Shown here piece by piece: positions 12,540 to 25,002 of a DNA stretch of 64,000 nt. Under the pieces are notes generated by a model. That model did not search any database, was not told where the DNA came from, and saw only the letters and a program-made list of their open reading frames with translations. The DNA is taken from positions 20,398,001-20,462,000 of the forward strand of contig NC_043010.1 in assembly GCF_006345805.1 (NCBI RefSeq). The letters run 5' to 3'. A program made the translations under genes and the position numbers. The stretch is from Octopus sinensis (lineage: Eukaryota). Positions within the stretch are counted from its first letter, which is position 1. Every line of letters begins with the position of its first letter.

Positions 12540-12860
12540 ATCATCATCATCATCATCATTGTTTAACATCCGTTTTCTATGCTAGCACGGGTTGGATGGA
12601 TCGACCGTGGTCTGGGAAGCCAGGAGGCTACACCAAGCTCCAGTCTGATCTCGCAGTGTTTCTACAACTGGATGCCCTTCCTAACGCCAACCCCTCTGTG
12701 AGTGTAGTGGATGCTTTTTATGTGCCACCAGCACAGGTGCCAGGGGAGGCTGGCAGCAGCCATGATCAGTTGGTGCTTTTTACATGCCACCGGCACAGAA
12801 GCCAGTCAAGGCGATGCTGGCATCGGCCACGTTTGGATGGTGCTTTTTCGGGGCTGGCAT
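12540..12860 (-). mobile_element. RTE-tail-related repeat family C (representative)
   Basis: The same tail (GAGTGGTTGGCGTTAGGAAGGGCATCCAGCTGTAGAAAC..CCATGCTAGCATGGAAA..(GAT)n) ends the RTE remnants. Copies at 1, 9130, 25780, 26830, 37280, 39725, 40920, 41110, 53720, 56390, 56960, 58410, 58850 and 63320. Confidence 0.8.
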
Positions 12861-13190
12861 CAGCCACTAACCTGCCAAGGCCAACTTTATTTTTTATCCT
12901 TCTGGGGTTGATAAAATAAATTACCATTCAAGTGTGTGTGTGTGGGTATCATAAAATAAAGTACAAGTATTGAGGATGGTAAATAAAGTACCAGTTAAAA
13001 TCTGGAGTTGATTTAATAATTTGTCTTCTCTACAAATGTGTGACCTTATACCTATGTTATCTGTCAGAGGTTTTGTCTTGAAATTTGCTTGTAACCTAAG
13101 CCTTGTGCGTGGATTCGGTAAATGGAAACTGAAAGAAGCCCATTGGGTGTGTATATGTGCATACATACATACATACATACATACATATTA

Positions 13191-13240
<50 letters not shown>

Positions 13241-13285
13241 TATATATGTATATGTATATATATGTATATATATATGTGTGTGTGA

Positions 13286-13327
<42 letters not shown>

Positions 13328-13736
13328 ATACATATATATATATATATGTATATATGTATATATATATGTATACATAATATATAGATATATATATATAGAT
13401 ATCAAAAGGATGTCTTATAATACTATTCCACATATACAAAAACACCCATACCAACAATCCAACAGACCTCCATCATCAGCTGCCCCATGGATATCATTAT
13501 GGTTTTGACACCTGGGCAGTACCATTCAATCTGGCAGCGTCGACAGTATTATAATAAGAGTTGTTTGGGTAAAAACAAACCAAAGAAACCACAACTTTCA
13601 AACGAATTTACCCTATGTAATTAAATTGCTACAAACTCCTGAACACGTAACTAAACAGCGACAAATCCATTAAGTCATACAAAAATTATAATCCCTACAG
13701 TCTTCCATAGAATACTATACATATTTATATATATAT

Positions 13737-13779
<43 letters not shown>

Positions 13780-14320
13780 TTGTGTTTATGTTTGTCCCAT
13801 CACCACTTGATAACCAGTGTTGGTCTGTTTATATCCCTGTAACTTAGCAGTTCAGTAAAAGTGACCAATAGAATAAGGATCAGGCTTTTTTAAAAAATAA
13901 GTACTGGGTTCAATTTATTCAACTGAAAATTCTTCCAGGTGGTGTCCCAGCAAGGGCACAGTCAAATGAGTGAAAGAAGTAAACGATAAAAGACAGAGCT
14001 AAGTCTACCACGCAAAGTTACTAAGTGTCTTAGCTGCAAGTTGGAGTTTTCATGGAAAAAAAAAAAAAAGAGTCCAGCTGACATGTGATTGGTAAAGGAA
14101 GAACTCTATGAGTGGAATTTTGCAAAGAGGCAAAAATTTTCTAAAGTACAAAATGTAATTCTTTACCATTGTTGTTATCTAAATTCCAGCAATGGAAATT
14201 TTGTGTCAATGTTAGGAACCAACTTCTTCTTTAGAGGAACAATTCATAAAATTCAAAATGGAAACTTTACACTCATACATAGACACACGCACACACACAC
14301 ACACACAAACACACAAAAAA

Positions 14321-14356
<36 letters not shown>

Positions 14357-14769
14357 GTTTAACTTGAAAAAACTCTCACTAAATGTAATATTATGACAAG
14401 TGCTTGTTAACCACAATGACAATGACAATAACTAGAACAACAACAGCAACAACAATGTGAACAAGTATATAAACAGAACCTAACAGAAGCCTCCTGTGAT
14501 AAGGAGTATTTCCTTACAGTTGGGTGATACTCTGGTGGGTATCACTTGTGTCAAACTGGTACCCAGAACTAAATTACTCTGGTCTGATATTTAGGGGTAT
14601 GTACATTAAAAATATGGGAAATGGTGCTAAATCAAAGCAAGGGGATGCCATGAAAATGTTAGCAAAAAAAGGGGGGGGGCATAGTAAAAGAAGTTTGAGG
14701 AGCAGTGTTGTATCATCTTAGAAAAAAAGGGGGAAAATACATGAGACAACATAACTGTAGATGCAGGGG

Positions 14770-15000
14770 GGAGGAGGAGGAGGAAGAGAAGGAGAAGAAG
14801 AAGAAGAAGAAGGAGAAGAAGAAGAAGAAGAGAAGAGAAGAGAAGAAGAAAAAGAGGAAGAAGGAAGAGGGGGAGAAAAAGAAGAAGAAGAAGAAGAAGA
14901 AGAAGAAGAAGAAAAGAAGAAGAAGAAGAAGAAAAAGAAGAAGAAGGAAGAGGGGGAGAAGAAGAAGAAGAAGAGGACGACGACGACGACGATGACAATG
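14770..15000. repeat. (GAA)n/(GAC)n purine-rich microsatellite
   Basis: Direct inspection. Confidence 0.95.
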
Positions 15001-16106
15001 ACATGATAATTACAGCAGGAGGAGAATGTCTTTGATTGTCTGTCTTCTTGGTGAAGACTGACTTGGAGCTAAACAACAGCAAAAACACTGACCAAATTCT
15101 AGCAGAGGAGAAAAAAGTGGAATTATGAGAAAGTGAACACTTACCATATTTGCATGTTTTGTCTATGGAATCCCAATGACACACTTGTATTGTGATATGG
15201 TTTGGTTTTGCCATGGTTTGGCAGGAAATATTACAAAGTCTCCAGTGAGGTTATCTTTTAAACCCAAATGGAAATATAGATCTTCTCTCTCTTTATCTCT
15301 CTCCCTTTTCATATAGATGTATAAGTATATGTGTGTGTATGTGTGTGTGTTGGTGAATTTTTGCGGTATTTGGCGTTACCAAAATATTGATTTGTTAAAT
15401 GACAACATCTGTAATTCTAGAATTTATGATTACTTTTTCAAAAAGTATTTCTAAATAACTCTTGGGAATTATGAGAGCAATAATGAAAAATTTTGGTAAA
15501 TTGATATATTCTTGGTTCGCTTGGAGAGTCTGTCGATTTCCAATGTTTATTTTCAAAAACAAAATTTGTTATTTGTTTTTTTTTTTTTAATAGACTATTG
15601 TTGTGAATCTTTTATCGTAATAAAAATGTTAATACACCAACAAAAACAACAAGAAAAATAAAAACAACAACAACGACAACAAAAATGATAATTTTTGATT
15701 AGTTAAAACGAAAATTGGTGAAAACAATTATTCCGGACCACTGATGGTAAAGCAAATGCAACTTTGATCAATGTCATATAACCAACAATATCAACAAGAA
15801 CAACAATATTTGGAAGCAATGAAGAAATTACAGTAAAACCATTATAGCTTTTCCTTATCAAATGTTGCAAGCCATTATTTTTCACACACTGCAGAAGAAT
15901 GGTAATGCCAGATAGTTTTGATTAGGTATTGGAACTGTATGTATTTGCAATGAAGTAGGTTAAAATAAGCAAAGATAATTTTGGTGCTGTGACTTGTCTG
16001 AAATCATTCAGTTAAATGTTCAAAGCTTTAGCGATCATGAACATTTTGAGCAGAAGAGAAAGCTATCACAAAATGCCTATACACACCTACCTACCTACAC
16101 ATACCA

Positions 16107-16139
<33 letters not shown>

Positions 16140-16194
16140 TTTATATAGATACTGCATATGCATATAAATAAATACATTTATATGTATTGGATGC

Positions 16195-16231
<37 letters not shown>

Positions 16232-17441
16232 TGTGTGTGTATGTATGTATGTATATATATATGCCTGTATATGTATATGGTGTTAGGATGGGAGTTTTAT
16301 AAACAGGGGCGGAGATGCAAAAGAGAGAAAAAAAGAGACAAAAAGAAAACGAGAGACTATTAAATGCCTCCTAAACATCGTTATTACTGATTTATGAAGC
16401 CATTCTGGCAGTCAACAGTAAAATATATACATATATATATACAAAATAAATATAACAAAACAAAACCCACCACCACCACCACTACAACAACAACAACGGC
16501 AGCAACAACAAAAGTGCTTGAAAGTTCCTGTGGCAATGCAGTGATGTTAGTTCCATCTATATTGGCTGGTTGCAAACTCGGGGAGAAAAACACAATATGT
16601 TATCTATAAATTCTTAATGTATTAGAAAAAATGACAATTGAATAGTTTAGTTTGTTCGCTTTCGTCCATTGAATAGCCAAGTACCTTGTGGTTGTAAATC
16701 CATTCTGATTACTTTGACGAATCTAAGCGAAAGAGGATCTATGTGTTTTCCGAGCAAAAAAAAAAACAACAAAAAACAAAAACAACAAAAAACAAAGAAA
16801 ACAAAAAGAAAAATGTCGATGAAACATTTATGGCTTTTAGTTTTACTCTACACCCACCTCACACCATTACCCTTTCGTCCTCGTCCCATAATCCCCTCCT
16901 CATCCCCACCCACACCACTCGCTCTCTTCTTCCTCATTAATGAAGAATATGTAATGACACAACGAAATACCTGATGTTAAGGATTAACCATGTGACATAG
17001 TTGTACGGCCAACAAGCTCATGTTGCAATCACATGCTGATTGCAAGTTCAATCCAGTAACATGGCACCTTAGCCTCAGGTTGACCTGAGATTTTTAAGAG
17101 GAAATGGTGAGGATTGAAACTGTGCTGCAGCCTATGAGATAAGTCTGCAAACTATCATTGAATGACAGACTTAATCTCTCATTCTCTTTAATGCCATCAT
17201 TTGGGATGTATGTATCTTCTTTAGCAGCGTCAACTCGATTGCAGTCACTCAGACCAGATTCCTGATCTGGGGACAATTGACGTGTTGGAGTTTATCCGTT
17301 TTTATTCTTCCTTCTATCTCAGAAGCCCTACAAAATGTGTCATGACCCTTTCTACTTTGATTAACCTAAAACCTAATATCAAGATTCATTTTGTTTAACA
17401 GCTTATTTTTTCATGCTGGCATGGGTTGCAGTGATTCTTAA

Positions 17442-17620
17442 CCCTTTCTGTGCCTATGGACCCCTTTAACGATGATGATGATGATGATGATGATGATGAT
17501 AATGGGACTTTAATGATGATGAAGATGATGATGATAATGGGACTTTTTCAAACATTGATTATTTATTAGGGTCTATTAGAGTAAAACAGAAATCAAAGGG
17601 GTCCATAGGCACAAAAAGGG
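17442..17620. mobile_element. piggyBac-like MITE (179 bp)
   Basis: 26-bp TIRs CCCTTTCTGTGCCTATGGACCCCTTT with 1 mismatch. Flanks TTAA (17438-17441) and TTAG (17621-17624). Interior contains (GAT)n. Confidence 0.7.
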
Positions 17621-17768
17621 TTAGGAATTGTATAAAAAAATTGCTGAAATATTTTGTGCCTGGTAGAAGTATAACCAAGTCATTGTAGATAAATTTTAAT
17701 AGCAAACTCTTATGTGGATCCCTAAAGGGCCATATGGACCCCAGTTGAGAACCATTGGGTGAGACTTA

Positions 17769-18311
17769 CAGGGTACCCCCCCCGCCCCCCCAAAAAGCAG
17801 ACCCCGCAAATCTTTGAATAAAACAACGCAGAGGGATAGATCGAGATGAACAGTGGTTCCAGCAAGATGGGGCCAACTCCACCCTGCTACATCAAATGAC
17901 TCCCTAACCTGGCTGAGAGAGTGATTTCAGGAGAGACTGATCAACAGTAAGTGTGACATTGAGTGGGTACTGAATTCCCTAGATTTGACCCCCCACCTCC
18001 CAGATTTTTATCTGTTGGGGTAATCACAAGGATAATGATTACCAGAACAACCCTCAAACAATTGGTGAAGTGAAGGCAGGAATTACAGCAGAAATCAGGG
18101 AAATCCCTAAAGAGGAATGTGTTCAAGTAATTGATAATTTTGTGCGACGTATGCCATTTTAGAGGATATTTTGAAAAGAACATGACTTTTATGCAAAGGG
18201 AATGATCAAACACAGACCAAAGTTTAAGTCCGGCAAATTTCAAGAAATTTGCCAGATCTTTGTAGGATTTAATAAAATTTTTATGGGTTCTGTTTTCTGG
18301 GGGTCACCCTG
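17769..18311 (+). mobile_element. Internally deleted Tc1/mariner element, DD41D (rosa-like) type
   Basis: TA flanks and CAGGGT(G)ACCCC termini. Broken translation WFQQDGA..SNDSLTWLRE*FQERLINSKCDIEWVLNSLDLTP..PDFYL..G..NNPQTIGEVKAGIT gives about 41 residues between the second and third D. Confidence 0.7.
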
Positions 18312-19112
18312 TATTTATAAATGAGATATTGTTTTACAACTGAATGCCCTTCCTGTTGCTAACACTGGTTTCCAAGGAAAGGGATCTCATATTTCACATG
18401 TCTTCACTATATTTTAAGTCTGTCCAATTCTTGATATCTCCAAGTCATGTAATTCTTGGTTTGTTTCATCTTCCTCTCTCCCATTAATGGTCTCAGTCAG
18501 CCATTTCTGCTAATTAAGTGTCCAAAATATTTTAATTTTCTCTCTCTTTGATCTTTAATTATGTCTAATAAAAACTCACTTGTTTTTACTATTTTCAGTT
18601 CTTCAGCACTAGTTTCGTACTTTTATTGTACTTTCTTATAAGATCAATATTTCACCAATTTATTGAAGAAATATTTGGCGCCCAACCATGGCTGTTTGGT
18701 CACCAAATCTGCTTCCCAGCCACATGGTTTCAGATTTTTGGTGTGCAGCATCTTGGACAAGTGGCTTCCATTATAACCCTAGGCTAACCAAAACCCTTGA
18801 GTGAGTTTGGTGGACAGAAACTGACAAAAAAAGGACCCACTAATACATCCATTTGACCGATTCCAGTTTTGGAAAATGGTCTGAGAAGCAAAACTTTTAT
18901 CCTTTAACTTGTTTCTGTTATTGAAGTGTGGCCATGCTGGGGTACCACCTTGAAGAATTTTATAGTTGAATGAATCAGTCCCAGTACTCTTTCTTTTTTT
19001 AAAATCTCATACTTATTCTATCTGTCTCTTTTGCCTAACTGCTAAGTTATTGGAACTTAAACACACCAATACTGTTTGCCAAGCAGATTTGGGGGACAAG
19101 CACAGACACAAA

Positions 19113-19156
<44 letters not shown>

Positions 19157-19383
19157 GACACACACACACATACGATGGGCTTCTTTCAGTTTCTGTCTAC
19201 CAAATACACTCACTTGCCCAAGGTGCCATGCAGTGGGGACTGAACCCAGAAACATGTGGTTGGGAAGCAAGCTTCTTACCCCACAGCTACACCTGTGCTT
19301 GAATAAATTTAGTGATGAAAAGAGAGGAAAAAAAACAGAATCTTTTCAGGCTTTCTCAGGTTGGTGGGGCTGAGATGATTGAT

Positions 19384-19633
19384 ACATTATTTACATTATT
19401 TACATTTGACGGATATTTGTCCTCATCTTGTTTGTGTTAACATGTTTCAGCTGATATACCCTCCAGCCTTCATCAGGTGTCTTGAGGAAATTTCGAACCT
19501 GGGTTCTCATTCCTAAGGTATTTTTCGATGTTATTATTATTATTAATATCATTATTCAGGTCACTGCTTGGAATCGAACTCGGAATCTTGGGCTTAGTAG
19601 CCCACGCTCTTAACCACTATGCCATATGCCCAT
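19384..19633 (-). mobile_element. tRNA-headed SINE carrying a hammerhead ribozyme motif
   Basis: Minus strand order: A-box TGGCATAGTGG (19624-19614), anticodon-like arm, B-box GTTCGATTCC (19579-19570), (AAT)n linker, body with CUGAUGA..GAAA (19476-19445), tail of TGTAAATAA repeats. Confidence 0.8.
19436..19481 (-). ncRNA. Hammerhead motif of the 6478/6600 family, 3' stem I damaged
   Basis: GACAC-CUGAUGA-A-GGCUG(GAGGGUAUAU)CAGCU-GAAA-CAUGUU-AACAC. Core intact, but a small deletion removes the GUGUU stem-I strand. Confidence 0.65.
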
Positions 19634-19706
19634 GGGCATATGGCACAGTGGTGATATGTGATTGATATTTGGTATGAACCTTTGTAGTTAAGTATCTGCA
19701 GGCAAA

Positions 19707-19771
<65 letters not shown>

Positions 19772-19994
19772 TGTACATAATTGTAGTAGTTCTGATGAGG
19801 AAGATCTGGGAAAAACAGTTAGTGTTGTGGCTAAGAAAGGAAACATTGTGAGTCACAGAGAGGCGAAAACACCAAAAGATTAAAAAAAAAAACAACAAAA
19901 AAAGATCAGGTGAAGGACATATACAGATAACTAGTGTAGAAGAGCAGAGACCATTAAGCAGGGATGAGAGAGAGAGATAGAAAGATAAACTCAC

Positions 19995-19995
<1 letters not shown>

Positions 19996-20069
<74 letters not shown>

Positions 20070-20078
20070 CAGATAGAT

Positions 20079-20124
<46 letters not shown>

Positions 20125-20125
20125 G
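19996..20125. repeat. (GATA)n microsatellite
   Basis: Direct inspection. Confidence 0.95.
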
Positions 20126-20129
20126 AAAG

Positions 20130-20171
<42 letters not shown>

Positions 20172-20510
20172 TGTAGTCTGCTGGTGAGTGACTCATTGAT
20201 AATCAGCTGGATAGTCGTGGGTGGCTTTTGGATGAAAGCTAGAATGTGTGCAGCTGATTTGCTGCTGGTGCTGCTGCAATAATGGTAGCAGTATTCCAAC
20301 TTGGGTCTTGAGTTTGGCTGAGGTTTTTTACTTGAAATATCAAGTGTCTATTTTTATATATCTAATTTCTATTTAATTTCTATAAACGATTCTGCTTATG
20401 TCTTTCTGTGTATCATCATTGAGAGAAAGCATAGTAACTTTGTTGTCCAGTATATACCGTGAGTGGAATTTGGTAGACAGAGACCATGCAGGAATACATC
20501 ACAGACATAT

Positions 20511-20552
<42 letters not shown>

Positions 20553-20854
20553 ATAAAATATAATCGTTATATTTCGGAATGGTCATTTTGCCAGTTTAGC
20601 CAATAAATATATAAAATATAAATTAGAGATAAAACCACTATTATGCAACTCAAACAGTGATAGACATAAACCAATACATAAATAACCAATATATATATAT
20701 ATATATATATAAATAATTTTTTTTTTTTTTAATATTTATAACATAACTAGATCTCAAAAATTTTATATATTTATACTGTGAAATTTGTTTTATACTAAAT
20801 TGAATTTTTCCCTGTAAGTTTGGAGTTATACTCCCTAATATTATATATAGATAT

Positions 20855-20910
<56 letters not shown>

Positions 20911-20954
20911 TATATACACGCACGCACACACACACACACACATATATATATATA

Positions 20955-21154
20955 GTTAATCCAAACAAGAAAACACAAAAAAACACAACACAAGGACGTG
21001 GAACAAATATAGTATTATTGGATGCTCAGGAAAGAAGGGAAGAAGGAGGGTTTAACGTTTTGAGTGGAGCTCTTCGTCAGAAACATAGGAGAAGGAAAGA
21101 TCCCGAGAAGGGAAGACAGAGGAAAAAAATTGCCAACGGTACACACGAGGTCAC
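20955..21154 (-). mobile_element. Short interspersed repeat with hammerhead motif; truncated sister copy at ~54740-54792
   Basis: GTTAATCCAAACA..AACAC..GAGGACGTGGAA start is shared with 54740. The element lies between (TA)n tracts. Confidence 0.6.
21050..21084 (-). ncRNA. Minimal type-I hammerhead motif, G12 mutated
   Basis: GUUU-CUGACGA-A-GAG(CUCCA)CUC-AAAA-CGUU-AAAC. Stem I GUUU/AAAC, palindrome AACGUU, GAAA changed to AAAA (consistent with CpG decay). Confidence 0.62.
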
Positions 21155-21764
21155 ATATATATATATATATATAATTAATAGCCCTTGGTTTCACAGAACA
21201 ATACTAAAAAAGAAGAGAAAATTGTAAGGTTGAGCTAGCCTGGGGCAACTTTTCCTGCATTTATGCTATTTCTCTAATTTGCCTTCTCTTGTGTCCACTT
21301 TCCACTGTCCACTGGCAGTGGTCTCTTACTATTTTATTCATAATCTCCATTCAATGCAGGGTTTTTATGCCCCTTATAATGACACTTCACTCTCTGTCTT
21401 TCATAGTTATCTTTCTGTCTGCTTTGCTGTATTTTAATTACTACTGATGGTATGGACAAATGGTAAAATAGTTTGCTTTGTAACCTCAAATTTTGAGTTC
21501 AATCCCACTGCACAGTACCCTCAAGCAATTGATTTCTGTCCTAGCCTCAGCTTGACCAATACTGGGTGAGTGAAATTTGATAAAAATTGATAAACAGATA
21601 CTATGGAAACCTGTTGGAGGAATTGTTCCTGGTGGTAAATTTAATCTGTCTTCATGTTTAACATTACCCCTGACAATACTTGGGTGCCTTTAGCAAAAGC
21701 GACTCCATTGCAGGGGTTTAAATCAAGTCTTCAGCTTGAGGAAACCTTCCTTTGACTTTCAAAA

Positions 21765-22050
21765 GTGTTGGAGGCTTGGAGGATACCTTCCTACATTCCC
21801 CACCTCCAATGCTGGAGCCTGGCAGGATACCTTCCTCTGTCCCTTTCACTACTGTTGAAGGTTTGAAGAATACTATTTTCATTGTAGATAGCAGCATTGG
21901 AGGCTTGGAAAACACACCCCCTGCAGTGTTGGGTGCTGGGAAGATACCTTTCTCCATCCTTGATAGCAGCGTTGGAGGCTTAGAGGATATCTTCCTCTAT
22001 TCCCCCCTACCCACCAGTGTTGGAGGCTAGGAGGATACCTTTCCTTGTTC
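21765..22050. repeat. Degenerate minisatellite
   Basis: Recurring TGTTGGAGGCTTGGAGGATACCTTCC-like unit, about six diverged copies. Confidence 0.7.
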
Positions 22051-22730
22051 CTCCCACCAATATTGGCAGACAGTTCTAGAAATGGTCAACAGCACTACCT
22101 CTAAGTAAACCATTAAGAAATAGAATAAATTTTAAAATTGTCTCTTTGACTACTTTCAGCTATTTTCTGCCCATTCTGAAGCCTCCAACGATGCCACTGT
22201 TCTCCTGAGCCATTTTTATTTCTGTTTCTCTGAAGCAATTAACCCGTCAGCTCCCAATACCAATACATGAACCGGTTACATATTTGTGGTTTTCATTAAG
22301 GGAAACAAAATGACATTATTGTCTCTGAGACAGAAATCAAATATATCTGTTGGAATAACATTTTCTCATTTCATTTTGTAGTCAAAACAAAATATATAAC
22401 CAAAAGAAAAATAAATATGATTGTAAAGCTTTTTGTTTGCTAAATTGTGTAAGAGGCCCTGAGTTTGTGTGTGTTGTTGTTTAGCCCTGAGAGCACTGTC
22501 AGTGGTCTTTTTTTTGTCAGTGGCCTTTTTCCTTCTCTTCTGCCACTAACAGAAATCAGATTGTGTGTATTTAGTCATGGAGCAGAGTAGAGGAGATGGT
22601 ATTCGAGGTAGAGAATAGGGACCATGATGTATTTGTGTAGGTTTTTGTTCTTTTATGCGTTTCAGTCATTAGACTGTGGCCATGCTGGGGCATCACCTTG
22701 AAGAACTTTTAGGCAAATTATTCAATTAAA

Positions 22731-22789
<59 letters not shown>

Positions 22790-23389
22790 TAAGAAGAAGA
22801 AGAAGAAGAAAAAAAAGAACAAATGGCTTGCTACTCATGCAAAATTCCAGGAGTCCCACCAAAGCTACCAAATGTTGAACAATGCTACTACTACTACTAC
22901 TACTACTATGACAACGACGACAACGACCACGACCACGATCACGACCACGACCACCACCGCCGCTGCCGCCGCCGCCACCACCACCACAAAAAACAATAAT
23001 GAGAATTTAAAGTGGGAAATACGATGGTTGTGGTCAATGAAGAGAGTAGATGTGATGGCATGCACCGCTCAATAAAAATAATAATAATAAAATAATAATT
23101 ATTATTATTAGTATGAAAGCTGTTACATGGTTGGTGAGCTGGCAGAATTGTTTCTGTGTCAGCCAAAATGCTCACAGACATTTCTTCCAACACTTTATGT
23201 TCTGAGTTCAAATTTTGCTGAGGCAGACTTTACCTTTCATCCTTCTGGGGTCAATAAAATACAATGCCAGTCAAGTACTGAGGCCAACTCAAAATTGCTG
23301 GCCTAGTGCCAGACTTTTAAATTGATATTAAATTTATTTCATGCTACTTTAGTGAACAGGTATGTTGTCATGAAATTTGGTGGAGTAAC

Positions 23390-23790
23390 ACCTGTCCTTA
23401 AGTCTTGTGAGTCTTTCACAGGATTCTTGCAGAATACAGGATTGCTCTTCCCTGCAGGTTGACAATGCCTCTCTCAGTTCTCAATTCCCAAATCCTTCAG
23501 CCTGATAGGTAGCAGCTTGACTGTTGTGTCAAGTGCACTGATTACCACAGGTAAACATTCCCTAATAGGTCCTATTGTCATTTTGTGCCCTTCATTTCTT
23601 AATCTTTGCAGCAGTGGTTTGATAACGCTGAAGCTCATCCTGTTGTATAGTGGGACACTTGCTGCATCAGGAATCCCCGTATTTGGGGATCTGGTCTCAC
23701 GAACCCAGTTGTGATAATACTTTTTAGTTTGCATCCCACTCAAAGAGAACTTTGGTATTGAAGTGTGACAACCAATCGCGTTTTTACTGA
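23390..23790 (-). mobile_element. 3' end of a non-LTR retrotransposon with restriction-like endonuclease (R4/NeSL/CRE-type), degraded
   Basis: ..LPVVISALDTTVKLLPIRLKDLGIEN/GIVNLQGRAILYSARIL* matches the terminal PVVIGALG..LQK..IL..ARILR motif of RLE-type elements as I recall it. Confidence 0.6.
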
Positions 23791-24699
23791 GGCACCAACT
23801 TTAGTGAGATGCTAACCAAGCCTAGAAGATTCTCCTCCATTTCTTATTTCTTTATTGCCCACAAGGAGCTAAACACAGAGGGGACAAAGACAGAAAAAGG
23901 GATTAAGTTGATTATATCGACCCCAGTGCGTAACTGGTACTTAATTTATCGACCCCAAAAGGATGAAAGGCCAAGTCGACCTTGGTGGAATTTGAACTCA
24001 GAATGTAGCGGCAGACGAAATGCCGCTAAGCATTTCGCCTGGCGTGCTAATGTTTCTGCCAGCTCGCCGCCTTTATTCTCTTCCATTTGTAATAGACCTA
24101 ACTCTGAAAGGGCAAACTCTGTTGCTTTTGGTCAATGGGGTACTCATTATCACTATTACTACTCTCAGGCTTAAAAGTGACAGAATCGTTATCATACTGG
24201 GCAAACAGCTTAGCAGTATTTCGTCTGCCATTATGTTCTGAGTTCAAATTCTGTGGAAGTTGACTTTACCTTTCATCCTTTCAGGGTCGATAAATTAAAT
24301 AGCAGTCTCCTTCTGGCCTTGTGCCTTCATTAGAAAGGATTATTACTCTCAGGTGCTTGTAATTGTGTAGATGTCATTGACAGCTAGAAAAGACTTTGAG
24401 CTGAAAGTGAGTCAGCGGGGAGAGGTTATATAGTTGCACATAAAATTCCCCATTACTTAACAAAAACTTGAGGTCTGTTTGTCATAAAATATTTCATGAC
24501 ACAGAGAAATCCCCCACCTTTCACATAATCACTATTTGAGGTGCATCCCTGCAGGAAAGGAACAATGAAGATCTGGCATTCCCCTCTAATCTAAACTGAT
24601 TACACCTGTTGCTATGTAGGAGTGGTAATTAATGACTTGCCAGCCCTCTCTTCACTACATATGCAGCTATGCTTATGTGTGTGTGTATGCATCTATCTA

Positions 24700-24729
24700 T
24701 CTATCCATCTGTCTGTCTGCCTGCCTGCA

Positions 24730-24814
<85 letters not shown>

Positions 24815-24985
24815 GTCTGTCTGTCTATCTGTCTGTCTGCCTGCCTGCCTACCTACCTAACTGTCTGTCTGCCTGCCTGCCTGCCTACCTACCTACCTAC
24901 CTACCTACCTACCTACCTAACTATCTATCTATCTATCTATCTATCTATCTCTCTACGTCTGCCTGTCTGTCTGTCTGTCTGTCTA
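24700..24985. repeat. Compound (CTAT)/(CTGT)/(CTGC)/(CTAC) microsatellite
   Basis: Direct inspection. Confidence 0.95.
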
Positions 24986-25002
24986 TATCAACATATATAC
25001 AT

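Noticed and set aside
15703-15891. Hydrophobic 60-aa minus-strand ORF behind a good acceptor
   Set aside because: No recognisable family and no linked exon, and it overlaps an AAC-rich tract that mimics hydrophobicity.
16505-16593. LRR-like peptide IDGTNITALPQELSS on the minus strand
   Set aside because: A single short match with no good donor site, running into a microsatellite.
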